Of a DNA stretch of 64,000 nt, positions 62,701-64,000 are shown in pieces. Numbering within the stretch: position 1 is the stretch's first letter; each line of letters starts with the position of its first letter. Both the position numbers and the translations under genes were made by a program. The notes beneath the pieces were generated by a model. The model ran no database searches. It had not been told where the DNA came from and saw only the letters and a list, made by a program, of their open reading frames with translations. The stretch spans positions 1-64,000 of the forward strand of contig JAWLHB010000017.1 of assembly GCA_041690595.1 (NCBI GenBank). Direction: 5' to 3'. This DNA comes from Lentisphaeria bacterium. Its GTDB lineage: Bacteria > Verrucomicrobiota > Lentisphaeria > JABSQK01 > JAWLHB01.

Positions 62701-64000
62701 GCTGAGAATGTAAGTTTTCTCATTGGGCGTGAAACGACGAACGGTGTCGAGCGGAGAGACGCCACTGCTGTAGCGCCAGCCGAAGCTGATCAACCCGGTT
62801 GCGTCGTTCAGAATCAATCGACCGGGCAGCGAACGTTCAACGGTATAGTTGACCTCGAAAGCGGCACTGCCTTGATCATTGCTGGTATTGGTGAAGGAGA
62901 TCAGGTTGCTGTAGGAACCGACCGCAAGCATGCGGGCATTGCCATTGAAGCGCACCTTGACGTCAATGCTGGCACTCGGCTCGAGTATACCGGCCGTGGC
63001 CGACAGGGTCAGCCAGTTCGCGTCGAGCGCAGCCTCCCAGGTAATCGTCGAATTACCGATATTCTGCAGCGAGTAGATATGTTCAGCCACCGGCACTTGG
63101 CCGTATTCGCCGGAAAGGACCAAGTCGCCCGACCCTTCAACAACCAGTACGCCACTCTCGTCATACGCAGTCACACTTATTTCGCGACGAACAATGCTGC
63201 TTGAGTCAGATATGAACTCGATAAAACCGGAGGTAACGCCAGCAGGCAACTTGTTCGTCTCTACGTTGAAGGTGACATAAACTTCAGCGGACGCATCGGG
63301 CTCCAATGTGCCCGTGCGACTGGAGAGGCTCACCCAGTTTGCGGTAGTAGCAGCGGTCCAGTCCAGCGCGGTAGCACCATTGTTTCTCAGCGTATAGCTC
63401 CAGACGGATGGATCGAAAGATCCGCCAATCGGACCGCTGGCCAGGAAACCCTCCTCCGGCGAGACTTCCAAGTGTCCAGGATCCCGAGGCAGGACTGTCA
63501 ACTGAATGACGCGTTGCGTATGACCGAGCCCCGTGGATGTCGTGAACGCAAGAATATCTGTATAGACCTTGGCGGTGAGCAAGCTGTTCGCAATGGAATT
63601 GATGCTCACCTGGACGATTGCTTCCGCGCCTGGCTCGAGCACACCGCGATTGCTTGAAAGGCTGTACCAGTTCTGGGCGGTTACCTTTGCGGCGGTCCAA
63701 CTCAGCGCGGTATTGCCGCCATTTCGCAAGGTGTACTGAATACTGCTGTCGGAGAAGGCACCACCAATGGGACCGAATGCTTGCAGCGGCGCTGCCCCAG
63801 TCACTTCAAGGATACCTTCCTGATCCTGAATACTGATGCTCACCTGGCGGCGCGCAACTTCCAACTGGCCAGCAAAGAAGACAAGCTGATCGGTGTGGTT
63901 ACCAATGGGAAGCGCATTGGCTGCCTTCGAGGTCACTACACTTACCGTTGTCGATGCATCCGGCTCCAAACGGCCACCCTGAGTGGAAAGAACAATGTTG
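23770..64000 (-). CDS. giant BACON-like repeat surface protein (>13,400 aa, 5' end outside the window)
   Basis: Uninterrupted frame. The last bases read NIVLSTQGGRLEPD, so the TTG at 63969 is internal. Unit of ~110 aa: YTLxNxGGxxLxWSA...WLSLS...GxLxP...VxVxxN...GxYxDTIxFxN...TRxVxLxV. Confidence 0.95.
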   Translation of the reverse strand, partial: NIVLSTQGGRLEPDASTTVSVVTSKAANALPIGNHTDQLVFFAGQLEVARRQVSISIQDQEGILEVTGAAPLQAFGPIGGAFSDSSIQYTLRNGGNTALSWTAAKVTAQNWYSLSSNRGVLEPGAEAIVQVSINSIANSLLTAKVYTDILAFTTSTGLGHTQRVIQLTVLPRDPGHLEVSPEEGFLASGPIGGSFDPSVWSYTLRNNGATALDWTAATTANWVSLSSRTGTLEPDASAEVYVTFNVETNKLPAGVTSGFIEFISDSSSIVRREISVTAYDESGVLVVEGSGDLVLSGEYGQVPVAEHIYSLQNIGNSTITWEAALDANWLTLSATAGILEPSASIDVKVRFNGNARMLAVGSYSNLISFTNTSNDQGSAAFEVNYTVERSLPGRLILNDATGLISFGWRYSSGVSPLDTVRRFTPNEKTYILSNEGDTSLEWSAGATAAWLSLSSVGGTLEPTGTATVTVRLNAAASTLAVGNHQDVVSFFQNGINLTGRTVDVTVVDDVGTLEITDAQNDAVWQISGLRYGDFAPDNAVYYLRNIGGTAVNWNASPNVNWISLSSSSGTLEPGEGVTIAAALNSNSETLAVGSYQATVSFLNTTNGNGDGERYASLVVLQAEPGYLVVSSDQGDLVSSGLRFTGPYSPESTIYTLTNPGGTIIEYQIRALASWLSTDTREGFLLPKQSVELQVSINANAKKLNVGVYTEMIRFIRDPFASVDVAYRPAFINILPNSAEIEMAPVAGDVALISSGFERGPFAPLTKSYSLKNTGGIETLYTLSVDQPWLSLFNYRGSLMPDASTIVTVGINDAVARTLAPGPYTANISVSWPGGTGFTQGAFLSVRPYAPGRLVVQPEQAMQLSGPIGGPFVYRADSLTGAALDRYTLTNSGSVGVAWSVSTSATWFSINNRSGILQPSGSTELVISANSSAYSLPDGAHAATLNIYQNGVYHSSREIGLLIDGNPGLLEVRALPALTPENIAISGTQGLIPRSSKQYELTNTGGQRITWSAAASDSWLTLSSTAGTLEAKGSVIVNVSTNDETNQRAVGSYDLTLTFANTTTGAGSTIREAKLDVSPPQPGRLAVTPESDLSYVGGVGGPFTLQQADDVYTISNIGGTAISWTAISSAPWLTLSSNKGELEPNTSAAIKVSLNSAAFSLSASSNVATLSFGAAGLAVAERMVSVNVLTGQGALSVVEPAEKAFTISTEIGQFHSEAAFETYVIKNTGGSAILWSANTSNTWVSISATSGTLGVGDRITLTASLVPSVVNTLGIGAHSLRINFVNQSNGSGTDYREVNLAVNAALPPNMTVTPEEGLLFEGKEGSTSFTSNREPATYTVTNTGGGTLEWVLRTSGNTAPFRYDKTWGYLEAGESETITVFLRHDINTFFGDDLYEGKILWDRGITPVTQRDLRLKLLKDDAKLEVTTASTGFISERGDVGITGYVGGPFTPTSFTYSVKNAGGETLIWALTPQYVTSPPFLTLSSTGGVLEPGRSTLVNVVVNSRASQLLAGSQPVSLSFTNAADATNYNDVEIGMVVVPLEAAKISVLPETGVMAQGPVGGSFVMNNDTYTIRNISGESLNWSVGIRNVDWVTLASEHGRLEPNASVDVELSINSNANDEPASVQAGMIDFYLNNVRVDTRPISLHILDEAGSLTVGEVNMLFSGEYNQAIAPPSHTLTLSNPGATPIDWSIAKSANWLTLSSSSGYLPVGGSTSVIVSTNSNARTQAIGSHTDTLFVYNNTNGLGNAQRNVVLSVLPQSPGQLTVDPIAGLSVVEGVGQSLTSNSITYTLKNEGGTALDWSAQLAGASTWLSLSSTQGTLEPDTSATVSVVINSNASTLTVGQYSDTVIFSANALEITTRPILLTLIDGEGILEVDDGADFIAIRSEGGMFDDRSREYTVRNVGGNTLTWSAEAIGNVSWLSISSFGGTLQRDQESTVTLSLNRTAETLAVGSYSETVAFTNNSNGVGSTNVVVLVIVNANTPAQLVISPASGIASSGAYGGPFSNSSKVYQLSNGGEEPLSWSVEVAGEELVAISSTQGILTGGDSAQITVRLRSVANALNVGEYTQTLTFNAAGIPVVTLSVDLTVLGGNGFLNVTNTADAYTRAVDGVIFTPTSIPITLANEGGGSVAWSATTTGGNWLTLSADAGVLEANRSTVVDAVPNAQALQLGEGVHAIAVNIFNMSNDLGNTSITLVLNVTGSDEQAITVSPADALLSVGPQGGGFSPNRLGYTLSNDGAVAVAYSVANVEGANWVSISTGSGTLLGGSEQSITVSINSLADQLAGGLHTTTIEFRSGTTVVATREVRLTVLTGEGQLRVTTADAFMPSGTVGGTFTPGTFDYMLENIGATEIGWSAAIVNSANWISLSSTSGYLLPGAKQTVTVSMCQPSDLLNVGVYSDTILFTNESSAGAGDDAVREVILTVLDEQPGLLVVSPASSFSSIGSQNGTFNPTSTGYGLENTGDLPIAWSIESSDLSATWFSLSAKAGTLAADGEISITVALNANAYAQAEGTYTTTLWFNGAGQTMATREMSLQVINSEGQLVVTPIDTWNISGDEGAAGLLTNRSYELSNIGGTPVDWSAATLNGYDWLSLSTTSGTLLTGGSTTVSVSTTAGIRGLEAGSYSDTIQFANKNDDTNVTTRAISVSIQEPASSVFSVTPDAGYIATGTPLAGFTPSAQSYTISRSGTQPVRWSVEVSPAVDWVSLSQTGGILDNLTTPTTISIFANGEARSLDAGAWTSDLNFYAEGILFATRMIEVTMLSDTGQLVASPFGDTTANGTEGGPFAFSTASYTLQNIGGSAVTWTAVVDPTATWLTLSQLGGILLPSDSTIGNNSTIVTVGTSAIADNLTPGAYTTIIEFQSSEIGSTTRAVTLHVAPLNPAQLIVDHGTGGLLSTGVEGGPFSPATKNFLLGNLGDAPVDWSATVNGNWVSLSGQEGRLSHGMSYNLTVGINANANSLSAGTYSTIVTFYDGDEAIDSTIVMLTIYDASAVGLLTVTPQSAFTSSGTLGGPFTPSSQPYTLTASGGQQANWTAAISKLDSYDWLSLSADAGTLQPNGTIDLLVSHTAVAKLMPSGIFTATVDFGVDGVSVAQRSVVLVIESPSGEFAVSPGTGMLSSGSQGGPFTPSSQTYDLTNNSVALVAWSVSTDNAPDWLAISAQSGSLAGGATTQITVGLSAAAYAKTAVGSPYTTTLSFNAGGEEVATRLVQLDILSGDGVMVVSPINTLNASGDAGGPFTFASTGSISASYTISNLGGTAFNWTAELRDAADWVAITANSGSVLPGGSAVITVVLTGDAATIDANSLTQTTLYFAYAGESTDVTSRLISLTVNPSDPGELAVSPESGIKAFIGPQGGPFVLDTAFSTSNLYTLSNDGETTLEWTVQDLALPGNQFLILSATNGYLVPFNGVDGGSAGVAQVAVSVAPTATYLTAGTYSTTLQFTDNQGNNTMRTVALNVTAPAELTYSPSDTLNIAGPAGGATGSFIRGYDTFTLRNSGGSTMSWAMQEPADWLTLSSTSGTLAAGATTNVTVSLGAAVSTLEAGYYTSSIGFSNNTSGQIATGLPMSVTVVLHVVEAAGNNPLSVTPVEAFVLHGIEGTVVADWSPTGKDYTLTNLGTQDLVWNVNTAIIDNSSVAWVDVSNWDITYEATSVTVGASVVADRTLAPGQSVTLTAKAAAGAATLDAGRYRAFLSFVNESDAKTVATANIELNVYPVYRFPYFITFEDRDGLAEGWETEGNHPVLPFPHSLWQYGDVESVWKSDTDALIAAAGPSTPDNNSGYFLMDTPGGFGKDLTLSAFRTITFVNALGDGWIDGAYVFQDQEPSVGEIISTTTPTWLGDGLTTTITYPIGAADGVTIDIDAPDGVMPFRAGDQLTFFLQEGVYQFLINPIASADVDFIEIDTTDPDDANGRSWEMFVGQDGTFTPVVGGDLTFTVRNTHLVDARNVSFTLSANNGWLTLATASPVNLGPLATQDITLVTDSLLAAALPLGFDLVTLTIRDETTLNTITRQFIVHSHTPPSMSNVSFNNVTGPRDSSNTDLDVDRTLGPTTERLWGVSRTTDLNDGYWSGGGSTDEASISYLYTPHFRVPSNSVDPRFRFSHKLEIPNAFYDYDRAQFASVWGSGLPYVAGVWVVHGSSGLLYSAHRNHTSSAATEPGVGAAWPAEWTLRSTFYWDGARLEKQVNGGEWIPVPLPGVLSTHVYGFPESGSQFGMVATNPSAGFIDSRIPLSSHAGQVVRFRFVFATGPHPDNDTFSTPPKDWRPFMPRSMQSGWFIDNVMLEDFANTGFWLAVMPNDESSLSFTDVQNDIGVDEHSIEFSLFNDGATSVDWSMQVVGASSTNFLTAFNPNDASIKPFEIDFMTVTVDPTIANALPIGTHTVTLRFFERGSPEGVGNYVDRVVRLTIEANEGLMLSPQNSFVAYGPEGGVQGWTNAATGQGTDAEFTYSLTNFGTAVSEYRVRKSQSWLALELNGGGVKVDSIDQTLASGSHDDITLSIKTAVANTLSPGIYNDTVYFILDTGVTLNRSVTLTVQQSATMQLSPSTGFVATGFQYGPFRNTDGNSYSIYTIQNVGDLPLYWTADVTAESVIEPWQLNAVTGVVAANSSFALRVYIDPVEARGLTWLPDPVYGGMLTVATTDEAGVHQSQIERNLSIHVFGGSVGSLQVTPAGGVSATGPVSGPFAVSDSDGFAGGTFYTLTNSGGLPVNWSVIVNEYHAGDSFLTLTSSAGYLESQASAVVQVMLNSNANTMAAGVYTEAIVFQNLSSGGLGTTTRVYTLVASNDPGVLTVDPVTSFVSSGTEGGGFTPVSTNYRLTNNGGIPLTWSGAVTTNAGEEWLVLSTAEGILSSLEDIDIQVTVSTAANALTAGTYTAIIAFTDTTANTVAATITAQLAVQALGGGALSVTPSTSLVLSGPVGGPFPSTQNRDYILRNTGASTIQWSADGPTWVSLSATGGSLAAGAGITVTAASNSVTNAQIADQVGTILFNNLTNGQGTTQRTAVLLLNLSGSLGVAVDRAFTRTGEAGGPFSPSSGLYTLTNNTGSTMDWTSMIESSSGATPDWLGLSTTRGSLRPGASTTVEVNLTPAANSLSAAGYSATVAFGMDGLTANSIIIHFDVQETRIGFLEVTEGSLQANGPVGGPWEGGSIQYTLKNAGSKSLAWSVASSEPWLSLSASNGVLLGDASTVVRVRVNELASSATYVAGVYSSTLSFVNQTTGNGNTTRSAVLAISDTPGFLTVSPIDGLSVSGLEGSDFTSNTRVYTLDNQGSTNVEWTVGSEKGSDWLSFSDAGGTLRPEDPALWVRVRLTSAASTLAAGYYTDLVSFHDVTNNEYFERVVTLSLNEASAGHLSVAQLNGLISAGPVGGPFSPLTQAYTLTNSGDRALTWTASFANTNPDWLILTGNGGVLGKDESTQIAVSLSNAARGYATAQVLTNTLVLESSSGLGSTVRPIQLTISESPAAMTVVTDSNWQVNGEVGDALAGLSTVYTVNNVGGEPLSWSAALAGGADWLRLSFSEGTLAPFSATETADSAGISVTLTREANIKAAGTYTETIGFYMDGVLVTGRIVVLQLDAPTSGVLTVTDLANLVAVGPVAGPFSGGTKSYTLTNNGNSTLAWSVAAEMDWVTLSSHTGLLQPNASIIVSVSLNQRAKLLGVGNYSGLISFNNMTTAGLGDTTRVALLSVGQTVPLLDVTGDSQMLSAGPTGGPFVAANWTYVLTNAGIGELGWSANLTGNADWLMLSAQSGVLGTGDTFNLTVALTSAANFKTAGTYTDTLVISNATGTTSYSYDVELQVAALDAASLTVSPAQDLDGSMSVGVLSDIAQSYMLANIGDEPMSWSVQLADASIGWVSISSSSGQLQGDGTVTVTVRVTSGANTLSAGVYTAAVQFTNMTNSLGSTTRTVILRVGGGAGELAVSPNGNLDLSMIEGEDLTDRSDMSITYTVSNSGGAPISWSIGLSSMPNWLHVSSSGGQLEATASELVDIAVNSRARDLSAGVYSVTLTFTNGTSGESILRTLVLRVEEGGEGHLTVSPSTGILATGAVGGDFAFSGSGNVYTLRNDGSQAIDWSATTAANWFTLSSQGGRLEPSASATVSLAFNSSARMLAGGNYSALISFENTTTQLGTTARSVTLMVNGDPGILSVGLPAGDTVNTFQASGPLGGSFTPANKGYVLSNSGGEIVNWSIGYSSNWFTLSSTDGYLLPGASEVVTVNLRNSAEVTLAQGVHTATISFVNQLEPSNTIVRNVILEVFDASTGFLSVTPSTALTVFGKVNGPFTSSETYQLENLGGENLNWSVSKNQNWVSFSHGTGTLAPSGQTNVTISLNNSANSLAAGFHSAIITFTDSTNGLSVDRFVQLTVSDEEGMLAVSDGDDDPTNDHLLGVLDDSRNFVGVSSKIYTVSNMGGETLTWTAYTSVSWLTLSTQAGQLLPGKSTTVEVSFNSAAKALTGSTQSASIFFGAPGSGTEDIMRRAILELQPASIAFITVDPAEGFFASGQEYEGPWLPEETTYTITNTGGARARWRVNISPLRSWVTASATIGELEPLQSAQVVVRISNSAALLEQGVYTTSVLFRCLDNPASDTTRGVSLAVMNKQPELEVVQSGPFVTFGTVGDEVSPDRHNITIRNLGTEIMSWQIPTVMPAWATLSANRGVLPPFGETTIFVQIIQSSVSTMAAPGATLDLAFDNTTVGSANGLGNTTRELRLDLRPRDASFLDISPSTTLNSFGVVGGPFTPTQVLYTLTNTGEESIRWSVTADVSWISLSTHEGNLLGGESYEVVAQISPIARTLPAMALPYAGRIRFYTPTPLSNVQERRLLLSVSQEPAILALDKAEGVQISGAVGGTFTQSLTSYVITNTGGQVLNWSASSSKSWVKLSATGGSLLPLQSQTVQVLLTNEASQFLTPGVRTAVLTFDNVGSTNGDTTRDVVFSLFDPALGFLDVTPQVGVTAFGQVGGPFQSNSQSYVLENMGGERLTWSATTDVDWLSLSSSAGVLEVGDTVSVVASVNNVANSKSPGIYNGTLSFINTLSGEGTTTRPLSLTVSSEESVLSVTTAGGSEDAFTSYGKVGGSFQPSSKSYLLANTGGAPLEWTAEATASWLSLSSTEGQLLPGDSTVVVVELTSVAATLAENSYSALVHFTNGTGSGIGTTDRDAVLQVLSSVAPMMLVSGPEDARFVGDFADDYQPSSESWTVQNIGGSTLHWQVRRGLNTNWVSLTSLDGNLEPGESISVEVRLAKPAFDGTLEPGVHAEQLLFNNVDNGHGNTTRNVFIDVADKRGELSVDETEALHFSVISGKSFDLSQAYTLRNIGNLQLEWRVTFDAPWASVSHEGFRLQPDETTLLSVSLNEVAKGLPVGTHVGTLSFTNVTLGSSLGLGDTSRKVYLEVLSPDRGFFVVTPNDSLNSYGDVGTGSFAPEGIDYVIENIGGLPIEWSAAVNQSWVSLSSTRGILQANSSTTIKALINNSANLMAAGTHTASIRFAEIGIPPHPSNTTRMVVLRLTEEPASLLVSGDAGLESSGPLGGSFEPAERVYTLTNTGGTTLNWSAINSASWLSLSATGGTLLSGGTEQVRVSINSQANVQLGIGIHTSVVAFTNTSNGNGDTTRNVALEVRDPSISFLEVTGTDDVSGISEFGSNMVVPTGATAYTLTNRGGKPLEWSAQFSADWFSLSGTRGALEAGRDTEVRITFNASKISALNPGVYQDTLYFYNITDRTGDTARAVILTVSDEEAMLTVTPVTAFTSTGVAYGDWSPASTTYTLENVGGRALDWTASRGGASWISLSATTGSLLPGKTADIQVTINSAADAFGAGTYGAVLEIANSTNGNGSTTRLLTLEVQDAAAGFLTVTPLEGWETAVSLMDRTMLDGSTIYIVSNTGGEALEWSVDHDANWVSLSTAGGILEPNNTATVTVRLNSLALNLIKGAYTDTLRFVNVTENALGSTTRTVALSVSDEEANLVVSGNETDPFVSTGELGGTFDPLGTTYTIENKGYEEMEWTASANVDWATLSADHGVLPPNSTTSVSLTLNLVAAQALTPNAYTGVVSFTNVTRHIGDTTRQIVLDVQDPDLGVLVVEEAAELTVVGSLGGKIDGSMTYTLRNSGGEGFNWSADKQVGQVWVSLSATEGRLEAGQSTELTVSINSQAKALSAGSYTEVIRIANRSTHNGDVVRSVLLIISQEPGQLEVTNSDEVEADGGVFKASGALGGEFLPRSATYTLKNIGGQAIGWTADNLRDWLTLSDTRGTLLADEEITITVSINGLASVQLPVGTATDLVTFQNTTNDLGTAVRNVALDVLDAPLGFLSVNPDTETLSSYGPEGGTFAPEVIVYTLSNESLSEGLSWTATKSADWLSLSASEGYLEAGAQAQVEVHINSVANTYGAGAYSDTVSFVNTVTGLGSTQRTIVLTINQQPASLIVDNASIFSGIANSTGMVSESTRNYTLENTGGRPLDWSAVKQSSWISLSSVSGTLLPGEKSTVTVTFNNVARTMAAGSYSDTITFSNNSGGIGTTSRQVELLVLDDSVGVLQVLFEGEESEVGLLSSGNVGSTSYTPAEITYTLQNAGGQPITWSATKVAGANWVTISSGSGALEAGGSTMVTVRINSLARLLAEGVYSEMIVFSNTRNQLGNTTRGVVLTLNDTDAELNVIETGVSAAAGKVGGPFTPMAFAYTIENVGSTDMSWSVDTDATWISLSLTNGQLAPQGQVVVTATLNDGAAALASGDHAARLEFANLTASSFGKGDTFREIVLEVRESDLGYLVVSPATGITVNGELGGPFVFDEADMQFILTNEGENAFGWSAVHTNSWVSLSTAGGWLDPGVSVTVLVMLNSQTYQLPVGLHEDTIVFSNLSNGTQGSTTRNVQVVVSDEPGRIVVRDQEDFVATEAMNANFTQVSRSYTLENPGSEAVDWSVVKTQSWITLSATSGTLQAGTIYTVTAQVNTQARDLAVGTHVDTLTFRNMSNGNGDTTRQVVLDIYDPGIGFLLVTPLDGLSSFGSADGAFTPGTQTYTLENSGGSAFGWSATVTGNWLSLSAQSGVLEPNSSVDVVVRVNNLAQALGDGVYTDTISFVNMTSGTGGGDRAVVLNMYRGDGQLTLTGADTLSASGPRGGAFVGDSPTTWLVSNSGGKSFSWRIGSDKDWISISNTSGVLASGATITVTASLNAAARALLPGTHTAAISFTNVEFGNGDRVVPFVLDVQSLDTGYLLVAERDGFSSVGAVGSATFAPSKAEYTLTNEGASAFTWSAATLNGASWLTLSNDRGTLEPGVSTKVTVVITGSAKNLSAGVYSDTILFSNTTDGVGSTSRAAVLTLLDSPGLLTVTPEEIGNATGPQGGGFIPSSFVYTVENTGGAAIDWSLSKTAGWLTLGSTAGTLDLKGIADVTVFINSSANAMSAGTYTDTLVFSSTGGVEERLVTLTVEDGAIGHLEVTGTAGLAASGPFQGPFRTANNDDPTITYTLRNVGSQYLLWTAEGSANWVSISDKGGRLEAGEQISVSVDVNSVANTLADGVYTGEVIFTNSTNHQGDTTRPLLLTVSTAPAKLAVDGAETMFSTGAQYGAFSPSVFQYTIENVGDMELAWSVVGSGAAWVSVSETSGTLQRDESKTIDISINVLARGLSPAMWTETLSFVNMTNHLGDMAVDLVLDVQDNAIGFMSVTPADGFSATGPLGGPFVDSDGDNVTSYTVTNTGTLPFTWSVTTTAAWVSLTNAEGTLEPEQSAVVSVVVNAEANKQSAGIHAAVLFFSNVDYSYGNTTRSLVLYVDQDPGHLQVVETTPFETTGVVGGGFAPLSTTYTLRNSGGMTVNWSAGKTANWLSLSSTAGSLLPSESVEVMVAVNVAAHALGAGVHTDTLIFSNVDTGNGTTTRAVVLEAQQITTGLLIVEDSEGFSAHGKEGGPFLPTNRAYILTNAGDSELTWSASVNASWVSLSQRAGALDGEASATMDVVLNPSANALTTGVYSATLTIENVTTAVSTTRSIILTVNQEAGQLVVEGPDGLTASSVAGGDTSNLSDARFTLSNPGGVSIDWSAEKSATWLSLSNAGGTLLPGDIDEVVAAINNTARLLTPGIYTDVITFNAAGGNGTTTRFAVLDIQDPSAAFLTIDQLDGFRSAGPSGGEFTVNRMSYTMTNTGGDRMNWTAELTGTNVGWLALSGSAGSLEAGENAAVDVALTREALDLGEGVYTAIILFGNATNGHGSTSRSAVLVINDEPGFLTVTPETDFVASGAENTDLSGEFMIYDLSNTGGLPLTWSAVSNAAWLSLSSESGTLMTDETVRVRVSINSGSRVLGTGTYSDTIFFINQLTGLGTTSRTAILDVQDPSLGFLTVDDAAGFSATGAFGGPFSNLTKGYTLKNTGEQPLSWSAGFASPAPAWLSLSSAGGVLDPDQSALIEVRLTQAAKSQPVNVYSATILLSNVTTGYGSTMRPAVLTVTEEAGILQVADEIGLTGTMAFGGQVGAITKVYQLSNIGGMELDWTASASANWVSLSGTTGQLMVDKTVDVAVSINRDAQTLGIGVHTAVVSFGNSTAGSENNFFVREVVLEVLDPTAQFLSVTPAENLSVGFGLGGTLLENEIAYTLKNSGGAPLSWTAEKLASWLSLSATGGTLESLGEVVVTVRINSSIYDLGAGSYSDTVHFGNTNNQLGNQSRTIRVNISDDPGVLEVEGANPGLAVGTVHGAIAPTSFSYTLKNSGGLALVWTAANESSWLSLSTTGGVLEPDAELLVSASFNSESHLLDIPATYTDTLTFSDVTAGTSSIMIVSLDLRRADSGYLLVTPNAGLSSIGAPGGPFAPYIMPYELSNTGATTLQWSASASAPWLTLSSVGGSLAPDWTTQVQVQINSSARELAPGVYTETIYFSNRENGNGSTSRSVVLTVSEEAGVLLIDGLVGRHFAGSPGDLDNELDLIGPTVLRNVGGRELEWTASSSASWLSLSAQSGTLLPGYSVTVTMRVNALANQLDAGVYTSTVIYSNATNQNGTRQVAVVLDLYEPAVGQLVVSGEEGWISTGEIGGPFTPASFTYTLKNAGGLPLEWTASEVADWLSLDSVRGYLEADSEMQVTARVTSDAMGKDAGNYVELIQFSNETNGVGSTTRSAVLLVNSQPGQLEITDGAPFEATGAIGGPFANGTKSYVVKNTGGEIVNWSASSSEGWVSLSTTGGSLPTGESATLTVALTNLAELLTPGIYTDTLRITNETNGNGTSTRSITLEVFDASIGFLVVEDTSGLEAVKKVGDATVVAKAYTLRNSGHESLAWTAAVLHDQALGWVSLSSSGGVLEPSASATVTVSINGESGKLGVGAYTATTVFANADTGYGSTNRSVVLTLVENPATLLVDWSSASSELNPVNGEFTESSIDFKLSNTGDQTLSWAITSDTDWLTISSTSGILEWTQSVTVRAAFNTNSFSLPLGTHVTTLTFTNLTGGLGTVSVPVVLRVREPDSGLLSVEPLTGLQVFGGVNQPFQETSKDYVLGNSGQSPFAWNAVVKDGSGLTPTWVSLSNAGGTLDAGEQVTVSVMLNSEISGMAAGQYSATVTFYNQTTGQGSTSRAITLVINDTAGAIEVTPNTDFIITGSENGPFSVTWTTYTVTNTGGQPLDWNVTRNMPWITLSSFGGALLPNESANVTISLSSAAHQQSPGVYTDLVSFNNLTNGNGSTLRTVRMTILDTVPGFLDVAGPSQFSSFGRTGGPYTPGNATYNVTNIGGEAIEWSVRSLNGSSWISLSSTGGILPAGSAISQTVPVTVSINSAVANQTLSVGTYSDTLIFSNTSNQLGDTTRVVTLTVTDQPGHLDVKPGLTIWSTSGQEGGPWSADTTDYVLSNIGGDALAWTASENASWLSLSNDSGYLQPGATATVTALINDSADLLPENTYEATISFANTTSNNGSTTRNVVLTVLHRTPAQLEVRDSLPLNSTGIAGGPFVPSSREYWLENSGNRPLIWTASKVEPWISLSSTSGTLNPSEGITVSVQVNSLANGLGAGTYADTVTFTNVSSGFGTTTRGVALTVNAANSELLIAPIESTVWIGPYSAEADRTLPGPFQLISGGYYTLTNAGTAVVDWSASGSGNWFALSSFGGTLEPNTTYALQVSLTRPATVLEPGSYSETLVISDLTFGATRTFAVILTVEDGSSGFLTVNPVAPLMVNGLQGAVSGASEFWTVQNAGLASLDWQAVVTPATDWLTLSSVGGRLAPDADQTVSVTLNREADALAIGTYTRTITFTNVTSTHGTTTRQVVVSIGENYGELRVNPTTAFMINGEQYGTFTPSSQMYTLSNIGGLSLQWTADVQYTNVNPALNGWLTLTGDSGVLAAHSSTEIIASLNSMGTVLPPGSYQAKIIFTDLNQGLTLERIVVLSVVDNSISFLKVTELAGLDSVGPAGGPFTPPSIVYTLTNIGGAPLVWSVGSMPSNWSPLSEFGDGSLDIVTLSNTQGILEPNAATTVTVVVNHYARRLAVGQYQNLLQFVNVNDGFGTTTRSASITVTGNPGILNVTPTSSIVINTPQYDRSVLGSEAGAYVLKNIGEQVLDWQVSLQQNSSWVTLSTTSGTLLPGEETTVTVTVNEEATIKPVGIYNDSLLIQNVTFGASGYGDSVRLITLNVTTGTGGIMDVTPADAIVRTALQGTAIEPGSSTYTITNIGDDEISWSTQMVNTVSWLSLSARSGVLPKGASVEVEVIFNRFAQQLPVGSYHETIRFFNTANGLGGVPERQVTLNITGDPGVLVVTPVESFISSGRRFGPFTPAAKVYTVKNTGKAQLSFAVEAASQSPWLIFSIDSGTLAPDESAEVTVSIGTGAEQLSAGVYPELIRFRNVTAGSPGLGDTERNVELTITGLNGGNLQVSPVGDFAPTGVQGGPFLPSSQSYVLKNTGSMPLFFNVSRNHSWVTLSTVNGELQPGQSTTVVVSVNGSARLLRSPDGVYPCVHTSGVTFTNSTNNQGTTSCNVNLTLTSASPLGLLIVAETESLQSAGMTGGPFTPSTKTYTLHNAGEGELAWRAVKQADWLDVTPETGVLEGGQTATVAVTINDAAESYAFGSYQDTISFLNVSTGASESRQVDLTVAEFDSTVVVYSLDLDMTDFGNNSYKRSRTRGWLLVDRQYDRVSALLTSSENGRNVYRVEDWSDVKISTTDIGSRSLYDVATSTSVDGDVQTFRYLYGGVSQGIRLSSGKREDVVQSFSGKLDSIELAPGFHRQVAITARFSDSLTTVVDKWDINNAVRVFGEMLQGHSYVNMGSTSLALTAISPVGYEGTVEPSASTEDCAAVYRLSVTGNDIGGGRLSAVNKNGFLVVDTQRQTVMAIFYGATGNNRWYRMEDWSQGDMLNTQKVFQQHRYQVLGSSTLSATSEKWRILEGAASVYTGIGGSHTVELAPSLGGHEFRMDRSDNTWSMYTIKLTLDGGMTIDSIIGGKSANDAVQDLLQLLNVNGYKPSN
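24870..64000 (-). repeat. protein-level tandem array of roughly 110 BACON-like beta-sandwich domains
   Basis: Count estimated from length (~33 units in 52860-64000, ~78 in 24870-51150). Units are diverged at the DNA level. Confidence 0.85.

Noticed and set aside
63967..63969. ORF-track start of the giant protein
   Set aside because: Internal TTG in a repeat (GGRLEP). The frame stays open to 64000.
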